The notes under the pieces were generated by a model. That model ran no database searches, had not been told where the DNA came from, and was given only the letters and a program-made list of their open reading frames with translations. Shown piece by piece: positions 42,623 to 55,830 of a stretch of DNA of 64,000 nucleotides (position 1 is the first letter of the stretch; the number at the start of each line of letters is the position of its first letter). Both the position numbers and the translations under genes were made by a program. Location: assembly GCA_951406725.2 (NCBI GenBank), contig OX597819.1:39556001-39620000 (forward strand). Direction: 5' to 3'. Origin of the DNA: Octopus vulgaris. Its lineage: Eukaryota.

Positions 42623-44079
42623 GATTATGGGTATATTATAGTACATTTCCCAATATACATTAGTTTTAATATCTGGTTGACACTCCTTTAGCATCAATTA
42701 CCGCTTTTATACTATACTGGACATATGCAACCAATTATGAAACGTTCAAAATTAGCTTACGTTTCCTTGATTATTTCAGAGCTGTATGCTAAAATACATT
42801 TTAGATACAGTTAATAAACAGTAAAATGCCTAAAACAAGGGAGTTGAGTGAGTGTGAGCGAGGTCAAATCACAGTTCATCATGAAGATGGAATGTCTCAA
42901 AGGCAAATTGCTCAGAAGATGAAATGTTCTCGATGTGCGGTACAAATGACTTTCAAGTGTTTCAGAGAGACAAAAGATGTGAGGACAATACAAAGAACAG
43001 GTAGAAAAAAGATTACATCACCTTGTGATGACATATCCGTCAGTCGCTGAGAAACAAGAAAACTCATCGTCGGAACTCTGAGTGGACTTAAACAAGGCAA
43101 GTACTTCACAAATATCAACCAGAACTGTTAGAGGAAGGCTTGTAGAGTACGGTCTGAAAGGCTGTAAAACCAGGAAGAAGACATGGGTTTCTGAAGCGAA
43201 TATGGAAAAACGTCTTCAGTGGGCAAAAAACCACTCAAATTGGACCAGTAGGCAATGATCGAAAGTTATATGGTCTGATGTAAGTAACTATGAGGTAAGA
43301 TAGTACATGTATTCAACCAATATATAAACTAAATTTAACTGGTTTGTTGCCCCCAAAATATAAAAAAAGGACCTAACACAAAGCTAATATTATTTTTATG
43401 TTTTTACTCAGGTTTACGGTACATCTGGTACAACTTTCGTGCGTCGCAGAGTTGGGGAAGCATTTAAGGTTGAATGTCTGGTACCAACTATAAAACATGT
43501 GGTTGGTTCTTTCATGGTATGGGCCTGCATGTCTGCCACAGGACCCAGAGAAATGTTTTTACATCAGGGAAGGATGAATTCAGTTACGTATGTTTCTATG
43601 TTATCGGATTTTTTAGAGCCATCAATTATTAAATTGTATCCAGGAGTGTTGAAGAACAGTGTTATCTTTCAACAGGACAACGCTCCATGTCATACAGAAA
43701 AGAATACTTGTCAATGGTTTGAGACACAGGGTATTGTTCCCATGGACTGGTCAGCTCAAATTCCCTATCTAAATGCAATCGAACACCTATGGGGAACTCT
43801 TGGTGCAGATATCAGGAACACAACAATTAAAAATAAAGAGCATTTGTACCAAAAGTTGAGAGAAGAATGGAGGAAAATTGCGCCTGGCACTTGCATGAAA
43901 CTGATTCAATACCTGACCGTATAAAAGCGGAAATTGGTGCTAAAGGAGGCTCAACCGGATATTACGACTAATGTACATTGTAAAATATACCATAATCTAC
44001 CATGTACACGAGTTTCATTAACATTGAGTAAACAGAACCCCAAAACATTGGGGTGGTCTAATACGTTTGGCCAAAGCTG
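42623..44079 (+). mobile_element. decayed Tc1 (DD34E) transposon with intron-containing transposase and long TIRs
   Basis: ATG 42826 MPKTRELSECERGQI...TGRKKIT; WSDVSNYE|intron 43295-43411|VYGTSGTTFVRRR; QQDNAPCH...LNAIEHLW (34 spacing); inverted repeats at about 42623-42710 and 43919-43996; right end CTG|TA. Confidence 0.88.
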
Positions 44080-44874
44080 TATAACACAAGACAAGGGGAA
44101 AAAGCTATATATTGCATTCACCTTCTAATATTGAAACTGGCCACGTCTGATCCAAATATTCTACCTACCTTATGTTCAAACCGGCCAGATCTGGCGTCTC
44201 ACCCCTACCCAACGATCTTAAGCAATCACGACATAAACATTTTGAAATTGTGAGATAATGCTTGATTATATCAAAACAATGTGAATAAATAAGCATTACA
44301 TTTTAGGAAGGGCTGAACTTTGTAAACATTACATAGCATCAACATGGGCGTGATGGAAAATGCACTTCCAAATCTCCGGTTTTGTAAATTGACATCCTTA
44401 TTGACTTGAGGATGATCTCTCCTCAGGCCGTCTATGCTTCTTGTACAGAGAGTATACACTCTACTAAAGTAGGATACATACACTTATCAATAGTTATCAA
44501 AAAAAAAACTCTTGAACAGTATTCCAATGAAGATTACTACAGACATAATAACTGAATAGATAGTCAACCAACCAAACTGTACAAAATACACATCCTGTAA
44601 TGGCTACTTGAAGCATGTTCCTCTTAAATAAACTTAAAGCTATACTGTAACTATTATGCATTATTTCCGTTAGTTGTATCATGTCTGAAATAGGAAGTAA
44701 GCTCTTTACGCCACCTCCTATTGAAAACATACTTGAATAGTCACAGTTCAAAATACTCAAGGACAGTTACCTATGGTAACATGATGCTGACACTCCACAT
44801 GTTACAGAAGTTTTGCACTTGCGGAAATCTTGCCGAGATTGTTAAAAACCTTTACACACGAAAACATTTTACAA

Positions 44875-46031
44875 AGAATTATTTTCAGTTAGTATAGTTG
44901 CCATTATTTTGAATGACCTTCCGCCATTTATCTGGTAGCTTTTTGATTCCCCTCGAGCAAAATTCAGCTGATTTTGACATGAAGAAGCTTTCCACATACA
45001 TTTTCACCTGAACTTTCTGAAAAAGTTTTTTCCCCATCAGAGCATTTTGTAGGAAACGATCAAAATGGAAATCAGTTGGTGCAAGGTCTGGTGAATATAG
45101 TGGATGGTGTAGAACAGATCAACCCAAATCCAATATTTCGTCCTGAGTGATTCTTGCTGAATGTGCACTTGCATTATCATGGAGAAGCACAACGTTTCTC
45201 CTATTGGCGAGTGCAGGGCGTTTTCATAAAAGATTTTCATGTACATGTTACAACTGTTGAGAGTATAGTCGGCATTTAGTGTTTGATTGCGGTTTAAAAA
45301 CTCAAAATGAATAATACTGCGATGATTCCACCAAACACGCAACATAACCTTCCTTCCATGGAGCTCAGCCTTTGAGGTTGGTTGTGGAGGTTTATTCTTG
45401 TCAATCCACTACATTTTGTGTTGAATACTGTCATAAAAGACCTATTTCTCATCACCTGTAATATTATTGAGAAACAAATTATTTCTCTGCCTTGAAAGAA
45501 GACTTGTTGCTATGGATATGCGTCCCTATTCTTCTCACTAACAGTACGGGGAACTGAAACACCCATCTTGATGGCTTTCCCTATCTTTTCCACGTGGTAG
45601 CAGATGGTTGATTGGGATGTATTGAGGTCAATTCCCGAGCCCTTTTATGGGGATTGAATTCCACTAATTATCTTAAAGCATCTTGATCAAAAAATGATAA
45701 GCATCCTAGTCTGAGGATGACAAATCTCTGGAACAAAGCTTTGGAAACCAATTTCGCATTTGCTGGTCATTCATAACACCTTGGTCATAAACACTATATA
45801 TTCTTAGCTGTTTCTCTGGCATTTTTTCCATTCTTAACCCCCCACATTATATGTCGAATATGCACTTTAATATTAAACTATGATGTGCACATTTTCACTA
45901 CTTAAATATGAATGACTGATGAGGCTCTTCTAAAAACAGTTGTTTCCATTTCAATTTTAAACTTCTGTAGTTCGAAATGCGTGGTTATAATTTACTTCGG
46001 AAAAACGGAAAATATTTATGACTCGACCCAA
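44875..46031 (-). mobile_element. decayed mariner (DD34D-type) transposon
   Basis: MLRVWWNHRSIIHFEFL, LLHDNASAHSA, HPLYSPDLAPTDFH; 5' TIR-like TTGGGTCGAGTCATAAATA; other TIR not found. Confidence 0.82.
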
Positions 46032-46156
46032 CAGGTTTCGTATTATGTCAACGTTTCCGTAACGTGGAGAATACTAGTGTTTTCTAAAAGGAAGTAAATG
46101 AAAATTCTTTGTCTGTACGAGATAATCGTCATACTTAACAACAATGTATACCATGT

Positions 46157-46570
46157 CTATTTCTTTACTGCCCACAAGGGGCTAAACAGGGAGAGGACAA
46201 ACAAGGGCAGACACACGGATTAAGTCGATTATATCGATCCCAGTGCGTAACTTGTACTTAATTTATCGACCCAGAAAGGATGAAAGGTAATGTCGACCTC
46301 GGCGGAATTTGAACTCAGAACGTAACGGCAGACGAAATACCTATTTCTTTATTACCCACAAGGGGCTAAACACAGAGGGGACAAACAAGGACAGACATAG
46401 GTATTAAGTCGATTACATCGACCCCAGTGCGTAACTGGTATTTAATTTATCGACCCCGAAAGGATGAAAGGCAAAGTCGACCTCGGCGGAATTTGAACTC
46501 AGAACGCAACGGCAGACGAAATACCGCTAAGCATTTCGCCCGGCGTGCTAACGTTTCTGCCAGCTCACCG
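46157..46570 (-). mobile_element. tandem dimer of SINE family B
   Basis: A full unit followed by a headless unit, joined at AAGAAATAG-GTATTTCGTC. Confidence 0.88.
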
Positions 46571-46968
46571 CAAATCAGTTTATACAATGTTCAATTGACA
46601 ACATATTACATTGCAGAGTATGTTGTTCCCTGGCAAAAGGGTAATAGTTGCAATGAAGATCTCTACCTAACTTCGAGGTTTCTGGTTTTATTCAATTGTG
46701 CGATACGTTGGAAAAAATGTCCCCAATCTTAGGTTGGGAGTCATCAAATCTTTGATAGATGGAAGGCCTTGTGGAAAGCTGTCGAAAGGTTTTTCCTGTT
46801 TTAAGGTTGTAGATTTAAATGCCACACGGTTTCATGCCTCCACCTGTCGTTGGATGACTTTAGCAGAGACCATGCTGTAGTAAACATTTGGGACAGGCAC
46901 ACACACACACACACGCACACATACACACACACGCACACACACACACACACGCACGCACACACACACAC

Positions 46969-47195
<227 letters not shown>

Positions 47196-47659
47196 TGCTA
47201 TAAACATAGAAAAAATTTCTATACTTGTGTAATACATAGACAAAGTACATCATTCTGCATTCTCCACGTTATGCTATAATGTTGATGTTTTTCACAACGT
47301 AAATTGTCAAGTGGATATTTTGTCTTCAAGTGGTTGTTAATTGCCAAGAGAGTGTATCTCTGCTCTTCTTCCGTTGTGTGAAGTGTCATGGCACAGCTGT
47401 TTTACATCAACGCAATAGAGTTTGAAGTATAATGATCATATCCGCATATGTAACACTTCATAATATTCGTTGCTTCGGGGTTGTGTAACATAAGCACATG
47501 AATGGAATAAGAATATATAAGAGTACATTCAAGAAACAACTAAGTAACGCAATAGTAACACAGTTAAGAAACAAAACAATAATCTAATCAAGCAAAATGC
47601 ATATTACTTAACCTTTTTTATGTCTCGACACGACATTCTGTACATGCTTCTAGAAACAC

Positions 47660-48070
47660 AAAGTAGATTGACTCGGTGAAACAGATGAGCTACTGAGAGA
47701 GGCTACAAGAACTGAAGTTCTACTCCCTGGAGAGAAGGCGAGAAAGATATGCAATGATATACATATGGAAGATCCTGGAACGTCTAACTTCCAACTTTAG
47801 AATTAAAAGCTATGTCAACCACCGAAATGGACGGCACCGAATAATACCGAAGATACTGTCTTCTTAATCTCAGATAAGGACGCAGTATTGAAACAGCTTG
47901 GGTTTAACATCTTGTCAAAGAATCTAAGAAATCTGCAAGGGGTAGATGTGGAAACGTTCAAAAAGCACCCGGACAAATTTCTCTCTGAAATCCCAGACGA
48001 GCCAACATCGCGGCAGGAGGCACAAAGAAGAGCAATTTCGTCCAGCTCGCTTCGTCACTAAGAACAGTAC
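47660..48070 (+). mobile_element. CR1/L2-group LINE 3' end, decayed
   Basis: SY*ERLQELKFYSLERRRERYAMIYIWKILE ... FKKHPDKFLSEIPDEP. Confidence 0.7.
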
Positions 48071-48333
48071 CGAAAAGAAACCTCAAAATACTGATAGTCG
48101 GTGCTCCAGTATAACCACAGCTTCCGGCCGAAACCAGTAAAAGAATCGAAGAAAAGGAATAAAAAATAATACACACACAGACACACACACACACAAACAC
48201 ACACACACATACACACACACACACATACACACACACACATACATATATACATACATACATACATACATACATAATACATACATACATACATAATACATCC
48301 ATCCATCCATCCATCCATACATACATACATACA

Positions 48334-48365
<32 letters not shown>

Positions 48366-48592
48366 CATACATTTGTATGTCTAGCGTAATTCTAGTACCA
48401 TTTTCTTCATCTCTCGATATATGGAGCTGCTATAATACTCTACAATTCACATCACAAATTAATAATTTTGTAACCTTCAAAGCAAAATTTTGTACGCCAG
48501 AAGAGATGCATATTCTTACCATTTCTTTCGAAGCTAACCTTTAACCTTTCTATTTATTTCGTTTTCTGTTAATCTTCGTAAACGTTTTATTG

Positions 48593-48850
48593 GGTTATAG
48601 GAAATTTTGCCGTAAACATTTTTGCCGTAGGAAAATTCGATTTAGAAAAAAAATACATAAATTGCAAAAGAAAAAAAATGATTTACAAAGAAACGAAAGA
48701 AACAAATATCTCTTTACTTAAAATGGAAACTTCATCAACTAACCTACAAATCGGAGAAACGTTATTTCTTTAAAATCAGTTATCTACTTTACAGTCGGCT
48801 AATGTGCTTCCTTTACGGTAAAATTTTCTACAGTGAATTTTCCGGACACT
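48593..48850. mobile_element. Mutator/foldback-like MITE
   Basis: 9-bp flanking duplication GTTTTATTG (48584-48592, 48851-48859); inverted ends built from tandem 15-mers GGAAATTTTGCCGTA. Confidence 0.6.
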
Positions 48851-49611
48851 GTTTTATTGATATAAATAAAAGACGTCAGGCGCCAGCTATATTTCTAAAA
48901 TGGCGATTTTCCAATTATGCAAATTAGCGTTATATTTTTATGATAATTCACGAATGCTATGTCTAATCATAAAAGTGTTAATACGGTCGTATCTTGCAAT
49001 TTCACAAGCGTAGATCTTTATCAACATACACAGTTGTATGTTTTACTTCAGTAATTCTTCCAATGAAATAAATTTGTTAATTTAGTGTTTGTTACATTCA
49101 TTTTTCAAACGCTAACCTTGATAAATTCGATAATCAGTCAGTAGACCTCTTACCGAAGACGTTCCATCCATGACCATTCAGTATTTTTGTACAGCAAGAA
49201 CTTAATTGCCCAATACATTTTCTTAATGCAAAATAACGGAATCGTTTCAGAATTCGTTCTGAATTCAAATCATACTTTGGTTAAAGTTGTCTTTCATACC
49301 TTTGGAGGCTCTCTACTCAGCTAGCAGGGGAACCTCTACCCAGACCACTGGGGAACCTTTGCGTGATCACCCAACCAGTAAAACTAATCAAACGATCTTC
49401 AAATCAAATTTCACTACTTTGAACAAGGATAGAGTGGATAAGGTCTTTTTTTTTTTTTTACATAATGTATCACTATATATTGTAGTGCTCGATAATCAAG
49501 TGTTAGGTATGTGTAATGCTAAATAATGGAGTTTTAGATAATGGATTGGTACCTGATAATGAGGCGCAAGATAATGGAGTGCTAGATAATGTAGCGTTAG
49601 ATACATTATAT

Positions 49612-50161
49612 AGGTCGTTTCATCTGTAGAAATGGTGACGGGCTACGTCTTTTGGGATGTAAAAGGCATTGTGTTTATCGACTATCTTCAAAAGAGCCAC
49701 ACCATCAATCGAAATTAATTTATCAACTTGCTGAGGCAGCTATGAAAGGCTATCAACACCAAACACCGAGGAAAAATGACGAACGAAGTCTTGTTTCATC
49801 AGGAAAATGCTCCAGCATATAAGTTCTTGCTTTCAATGGCTGTTGTGCGTGATTGTGGCTTTGAATTTGTTGATCACCCTCCCTATTCTCCTGGTTTGGT
49901 CCCATCTGACTATCATCTCTCCTTCAGCATGAAATAAATACTTGGCTGTGAACCAGTATCGCATTGATGAGGACGTCATATCTGCTGTTGATGACTTTTT
50001 TTAACTAACAGGATGAAGCTTCTTCAGTCATGGGATCGAAGCATTGCAACACCGATAAAAGTGTGTGGACCTCAAGGGGGCTATGCTGAAAAATAAATTT
50101 TATTTATTCACATTCCATGAGAGTATTTTGGTCAGCCTGTGAACTTTTCGACTAACCCTCG
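49612..50161 (+). mobile_element. mariner (irritans/Hsmar2-like) 3' fragment
   Basis: FWDVKGIVFIDYLQK, VLFHQENAPAY, VDHPPYSPGLVPSDYHL; TIR end AACTTTTCGACTAACCCTCG|TA. Confidence 0.82.
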
Positions 50162-50185
50162 TAATGCAATGCTAGATAATATAGT

Positions 50186-50523
50186 TGTGACCCCCTTCGG
50201 TCATGACTGACCGTGGGTTTGCACCTAGAAAGTTACCCTCCCAGGCACAAGTCTGGGCAAGATTGTTTATGGAAGACCAGCAGTCGCCCATGCATACCGG
50301 CCTCCACTCTCCACGCCACCAGTGTTATCCAAGGGAAAAGCAAAGGGGCCGATACAGCTTGGCACCTGTGACGTCGCAACTCATTTCTACAGCTGAGTTA
50401 ACTGGAGCAACGTGAAATAAAGTGTCTTGCTCAAGAACACAACACACAGCCCGGTCCGGGATTCGAGCTCACAACCTCACGATCGTAAGCTCGACGCTTT
50501 AACCACTGAGCCATGCGCCTTCA
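50186..50523 (-). mobile_element. SINE (family D head and core, distinct tail) with 14-bp TSD
   Basis: CTAGATAATATAGT at 50172-50185 and 50524-50537; head GAAGGCGCATGGCTCAGTGGTTAAAGCG...GCTCGAATCCC. Confidence 0.85.
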
Positions 50524-50756
50524 CTAGATAATATAGTACTGGACAGCAAAGTGTATGATGTTGTAGTGTTGGATGATGAAGTGCTAGACAATAAAGTGCA
50601 AGATAATGAAGAGGTACATAAATGTGATTCTAGATAATGTAGTGTTAAGCAACAAAGTGCTAGTTCACGAAGTATTAGATAGTGCAGTATCAGATAATGT
50701 GGTACTAGATGATGTAATCTTAGATAATGAAGTGTTAATTAATGAAGTATTAAGTA

Positions 50757-51151
50757 ATGGTTTCAAATTTTGGCACAAGGCCAACAATTTTGGGTAAGTG
50801 GGTAAGTCGATCACATCGACCCCAGTGCTCGACTGGTACTTATGTTAGTTAGTTAGTTAATTTTTTGGCTCAAAAAGCAAAAAGCAAGGCCATGTAGGGG
50901 GACATGGAGTTATGTACAGGGTGGTGTTCATGTAAAGAATTCAGGCCACTTGTGGTCAAGGGAGACTTTTGAACCGAGCGGTCGTCGGCATCTTCACTAT
51001 CTCGTCCGGCAGCTTATTCCACGGATCCGCAACCCGGACGGAGAAAGAATGAAAGCAAGGTCGACTTCGACGGAATTTGAACTCAGAACGTAGAGACTGA
51101 CGAAAAGCCACTAAGCATTTTGTCCGGCGTGCTAACAGTTCTGCCAGCTCG
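50757..51151 (-). mobile_element. SINE family B interrupted by a CR1-like fragment
   Basis: Tail 50757-50842, head and core 51047-51151. Confidence 0.75.
50843..51046 (-). mobile_element. CR1-like LINE 3' terminus with (TAAC)n tail
   Basis: Minus strand FSVRVADPWNKLPDEIV...ARFK, a typical CR1 C-terminus; tail AATTAACTAACTAACTAAC. Confidence 0.7.
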
Positions 51152-51386
51152 TCAACGAAGTACTCGTCAATGAAGTGCGAGATAGCGTGGTGTCAGATAG
51201 TGCAGTTTTAGATAAAGCAGTGTTATATGCTGAAATGCTAAATGTAGCAGTATTAGATAATGCAGCGCTGGATCAGTGTTTCTCAATTATTTTTACCTAT
51301 GGACCCCTTTGATTCCTATTTTACTCGTTTGGACCCTCCAACCCATTCGATGTTTTAAAAAAATCACATATTTTTATAATTAAATA

Positions 51387-51543
51387 TGTGGCTGTGTGGT
51401 AAGTAGCTTGCTTACCAGCCACATGGTTCTGGGTTCAGTCACACTGTGTAGCACCTTGGGCAAGTGTATTCTACTATAGTCTCGGGCCGACCAAAGCCTT
51501 GTGAGTGGATTTGGTAGACGGAAACTGAAAGAAGCCCGTCGTA

Positions 51544-51594
<51 letters not shown>

Positions 51595-51812
51595 ATATAT
51601 GTATGTATGTATATATGTTTGTGTATCTGTTTGTCCCCCAACATCGCTTGACAACCGATGCTGGCATGTTTACGTCCCCATTACTTAGCGGTTCGGCAAA
51701 AAGAGACCGAGGCTTTCAAAGAATTAGTCCTGAGGTCGATTTGCTCGACTATAGGCAGTGCTCCAGCATGGCCACAGTCAAATGACTGAAACAAGAAAAA
51801 GAGTAAAAGAGT
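51387..51812 (+). mobile_element. SINE family A nested in hAT MITE
   Basis: Nearly full-length copy. Confidence 0.88.
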
Positions 51813-51911
51813 AATTGTATAAAAATAAATTGTTAAAACATTTTGTGAATTGTAGAAGTATAAATTTTAGCAACAAAATCTTAGATGGACTCATAGTAAA
51901 AAAGAAAGTAA

Positions 51912-52108
51912 CAGCCGGTTTTCCGATTTCTATAGCGTATACATTCCCCACCTGGATGGGACGTCGGTCCGTCGCAGGAATACTCATTTTGCCTGGTGAG
52001 TAGACAGGAGCAACGCGAAATGAAGTATTTTGCTCAAGAATACTCGCATCACCTGGTCCAGGAATCGATCATGAGCCCAACACACTAATCCCTAAGCCAC
52101 GTGCCACC
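51912..52108 (-). mobile_element. SINE family D nested in hAT MITE
   Basis: Homologous to 10555-10716 plus decayed head. Confidence 0.7.
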
Positions 52109-52258
52109 ACAGGGAGCCTTTATGGACACCGTTGAGAACCACTGTGCTAGATAATATGATAGATAATGTAGTGCTACTTGATGTATAGAACTTTAAAGTG
52201 CTACAGAATATAGCGCTTGTTGCACATGTGAAAATTAAAAAATTTTTTTTTATTAAAA

Positions 52259-52621
52259 CTAGCACTATGACCCGGCAACGCCGGGTCATAGTGCTAGTGC
52301 TGCATATACAGCTGCGTGCGTGCGCACATACACGCGAGTACTGTCCAAATCTCCGACCAATTACATACAGCTAGCTGGCATTCAATTGGCGTATCAAGTT
52401 TCGGGCATTTTGATTGGGTTTTGGATAGAAAATTCACCAAAAATCACTTCTATTGATTTTTTTAATGGCTTTGCGGGGTGATTGGGGAAATGTAAAGATG
52501 TGCACGACCACCCTTGGGCGGTTTTGAATGACCATAGAAAGTGCGAGCCCTCTAACTGAAAAATTGTGGATTTGTATAAAGGACACACACGCAGACATCT
52601 TGCCGTTTATATATAGAGAGA
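52259..52621 (-). mobile_element. non-autonomous Helitron
   Basis: Minus strand A|TCTCTCTATATATAAA... 5' end, GC-rich hairpin and 3' CTAG|T; inserted between A and T with no TSD. Confidence 0.8.
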
Positions 52622-53137
52622 TTCTAAAAAACCTGGGTGGTTACGGTTAGAATACATTTAATTATAAATATACTCAAACAGAACTTCTCTAGCGCTAAAA
52701 CAGCTTAAGCAATAACAAGAAAAATCAACAACGATGATAAACGAAGCACAAAAAAAATTTGTCATTGTTTGACATTCCGCTACCTTTAGCTTTCAAAGTG
52801 AACGCTGATGTCATCTCGATTGCTTCGAGCAATCTGCTTTGCTCACGGCTTGTTACCCAGCCGCCAGTCATATTAATTGTCCGGCGAATGGTGGTTAAGT
52901 TAAATTAGCCGTAACTATCTCTTACCTCCAAGCAAAGAGCCCCATGAACGCACGACAGGATAATTATAAGAGATAATGTCAAGCTTGCCTTTGAAAACGA
53001 TTCTGACATTGTCACACCGCCACACCAACCTGTCTGCTTGACAGTGTTAATGTAACTGCTGCCATCTCTTGGCTGTTGCTGCGGATGTTGTTTTGATTAT
53101 TGTAGCTACGATTGTTCTGTCTCTAAAGATTGTATAC

Positions 53138-53213
<76 letters not shown>

Positions 53214-53215
<2 letters not shown>

Positions 53216-53606
53216 CGCAGGAGTGGCTGTGTGGTAAGTAGCTTGCTAACCAACCACATGGTTCCGGGTTCAGTCCCACAGCGTGGCATCTTGGGCAAGT
53301 GTCTTCTGCTATAGCCCCGGGCCGACCAATGCCTTGTGAGTGGATTTGGTAGACGGAAACTGAAAGAAGCCTGTCGTATATATGTATATATATATATGTG
53401 TGTTTGTGTGTCTGTGTTTGACCCCCTAGCATCGCTTGACAACCGATGCTGGTGTGTTTACGTCCCCGTCACTTAGCGGTTCGGCAAAAAAGAGACCGAT
53501 AGAATAAGTATTGGGCTTACAAAGAATAAGTCCCGGGGTCGAGTTGCTCGATTAAAGGCGGTGCTCCAGCATGGCCGCAGTCAAATGACTGAAACAAGTA
53601 AAAGAG
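53214..53606 (+). mobile_element. SINE family A, full length
   Basis: Intact A/B boxes, core, internal (TA)/(TG), tail. Confidence 0.92.
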
Positions 53607-53625
53607 AAAAGAGAAAGAGAAAGAG

Positions 53626-54030
<405 letters not shown>

Positions 54031-54057
54031 ATATATATATGTATGTATGTACGTATG

Positions 54058-54092
<35 letters not shown>

Positions 54093-54135
54093 AGGCGCAG
54101 GAGTGGCTGTGTGGTAAGTAGCTTGGTCACCAACC

Positions 54136-54513
54136 AAAGATACCATCCGACGGGGACTGGGGGATAGCGGGCCCAGGCTCTTAAATGTAAGGGTATTGCC
54201 GGCGGTCGATCGGGAAGGGTCAAAAGCGATTTTCACCCTGTGGACACCATCGGCCGCAACAAACATGGCTTTTCCAAATTTTTTTTAAATGGCTGGCCGC
54301 AGGTATCCGGTGATACTTGAGGGACGTCCCTCCATGTGTCACTCGTGCCTGCAGCCAGGCCACATTAAAAAGAACTACCCCCAGGACCCCAACCCTTAAA
54401 GATGATGAATTAATTATCTTTTTCTACAAGGGCGGGGAGGTGGAAAAAATAGTAGAAGAAAATAAAGAGACAGTAGATATGCCCTTCACACGGGATCCCG
54501 AATGGAGGTCATA
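54136..54513 (+). pseudogene. L1/Tx1-type ORF1 zinc-knuckle fragment
   Basis: RYPVILEGRPSMCHSCLQPGHIKKNYP (CxxC-x4-H-x4-[C>Y]) at about 54300-54385. Confidence 0.55.
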
Positions 54514-54863
54514 AGGATGAAAGGCAAAGTCGACCTCGGCAGAATTTGAACTCAGAACATAACGGCAGACGAAATACGGCTGCGCATTTCGCCCGGCGTG
54601 CTAACGTTTCTGCCAGCTCGCCGCCTTCAAATACCTATTTCTTTCCTACCCACAAGGGGCTAAACAAAGAGGGGACAAACAAGGACAGACAAATGGATTA
54701 AGTCGATTACATCGACCCCAGTGCGTAACTGGTACTTATCAATCCCGAAAGGATGAAAGGCAAAGTCGACCTCGGCGGAATTTGAACTCAGAACGTAACG
54801 GCAGATGAAATACGGCTACGCATTTCGCCCGGCGTGCTAACGTTTCTGCCAGCTCGCCGCCTT
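54514..54863 (-). mobile_element. tandem dimer of SINE family B
   Basis: Full unit 54627-54863 joined via AAGAAATAGGTATTTG to a second head 54514-54627. Confidence 0.88.
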
Positions 54864-55572
54864 TATGTCTTTATATAATGTAATAAGTATGTATGCGAGT
54901 AGTTGTTTGTTTACTTATATACGTGTGAGTGTGAGTGGAGGTGGCGATGGTGGTAATGCGTGTACGTAGGCGCGTGCGCACATTTGTATAGAAAAGGAAG
55001 AGAGAAAGAAATTATCACGTGTTCGTTTTCTCCTATAAATCAGTTTAAATGTAATCTACCTTTTATTTCATTTTACCTTATTTTCTTACAATAATCCTAC
55101 GCGCGCACACACCTACACACACGTACACACGTACACACACACACACACGTACACACACGTACACACACACGTACACACACGTACACACACACGTACACAC
55201 ACACACCCACACACACGTACACACACACACGTACACAAACACACACACACACACACACAGACACACACATGCACATATATATATATATATATTTTATCAG
55301 CCTTTCCCCTCTACACGTTTTTTGCACTCAGCCGTGATTTCGACGCAACCGTATTTCTATAGATCGATCATAACACAGAGATCATTGTCGCCAGACACTA
55401 CTAAACAGAACATACGTAAAGCATGACGACGAAAAAAAAAACGGGTTCCACTCTGATTAACACCTATTGACAAGATGGAGAACTTGGATAACCTGACATT
55501 TGACAGACCTGAAAGAAAAGGTATCAGGTAACTAAATGGCACTACTATAACAAAGATGGTGACGATTAGCGT

Positions 55573-55576
55573 AATA

Positions 55577-55643
<67 letters not shown>

Positions 55644-55780
55644 TCACCACCACCACTACCACCACCACAACCACAACCACAACCACCACCACCACCACAA
55701 CCACAACCACCACCACCACCACCACCACAACCATCACCACCACCACCACTACAACTACCACCACTACCACCACCACCACC

Positions 55781-55830
<50 letters not shown>

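Larger units (their letters stand above)
51274..52144. mobile_element. hAT (Charlie-like) MITE with two nested SINEs
   Basis: TIRs CAGTGTTTCTCAA / TTGAGAACCACTG; 8-bp flanks CGCTGGAT / TGCTAGAT (6/8). Confidence 0.75.
49460..52205 (+). repeat. degenerate 15-bp minisatellite (GTAGTGCTAGATAAT)n interrupted by nested elements
   Basis: Units at about 49460-49605, 50165-50185, 50524-50757, 51155-51273 and 52145-52205. Confidence 0.7.

Noticed and set aside
49460-52205. CRISPR-like array
   Set aside because: Eukaryotic context, degenerate contiguous 15-mers, interruptions are transposons, and no cas genes.
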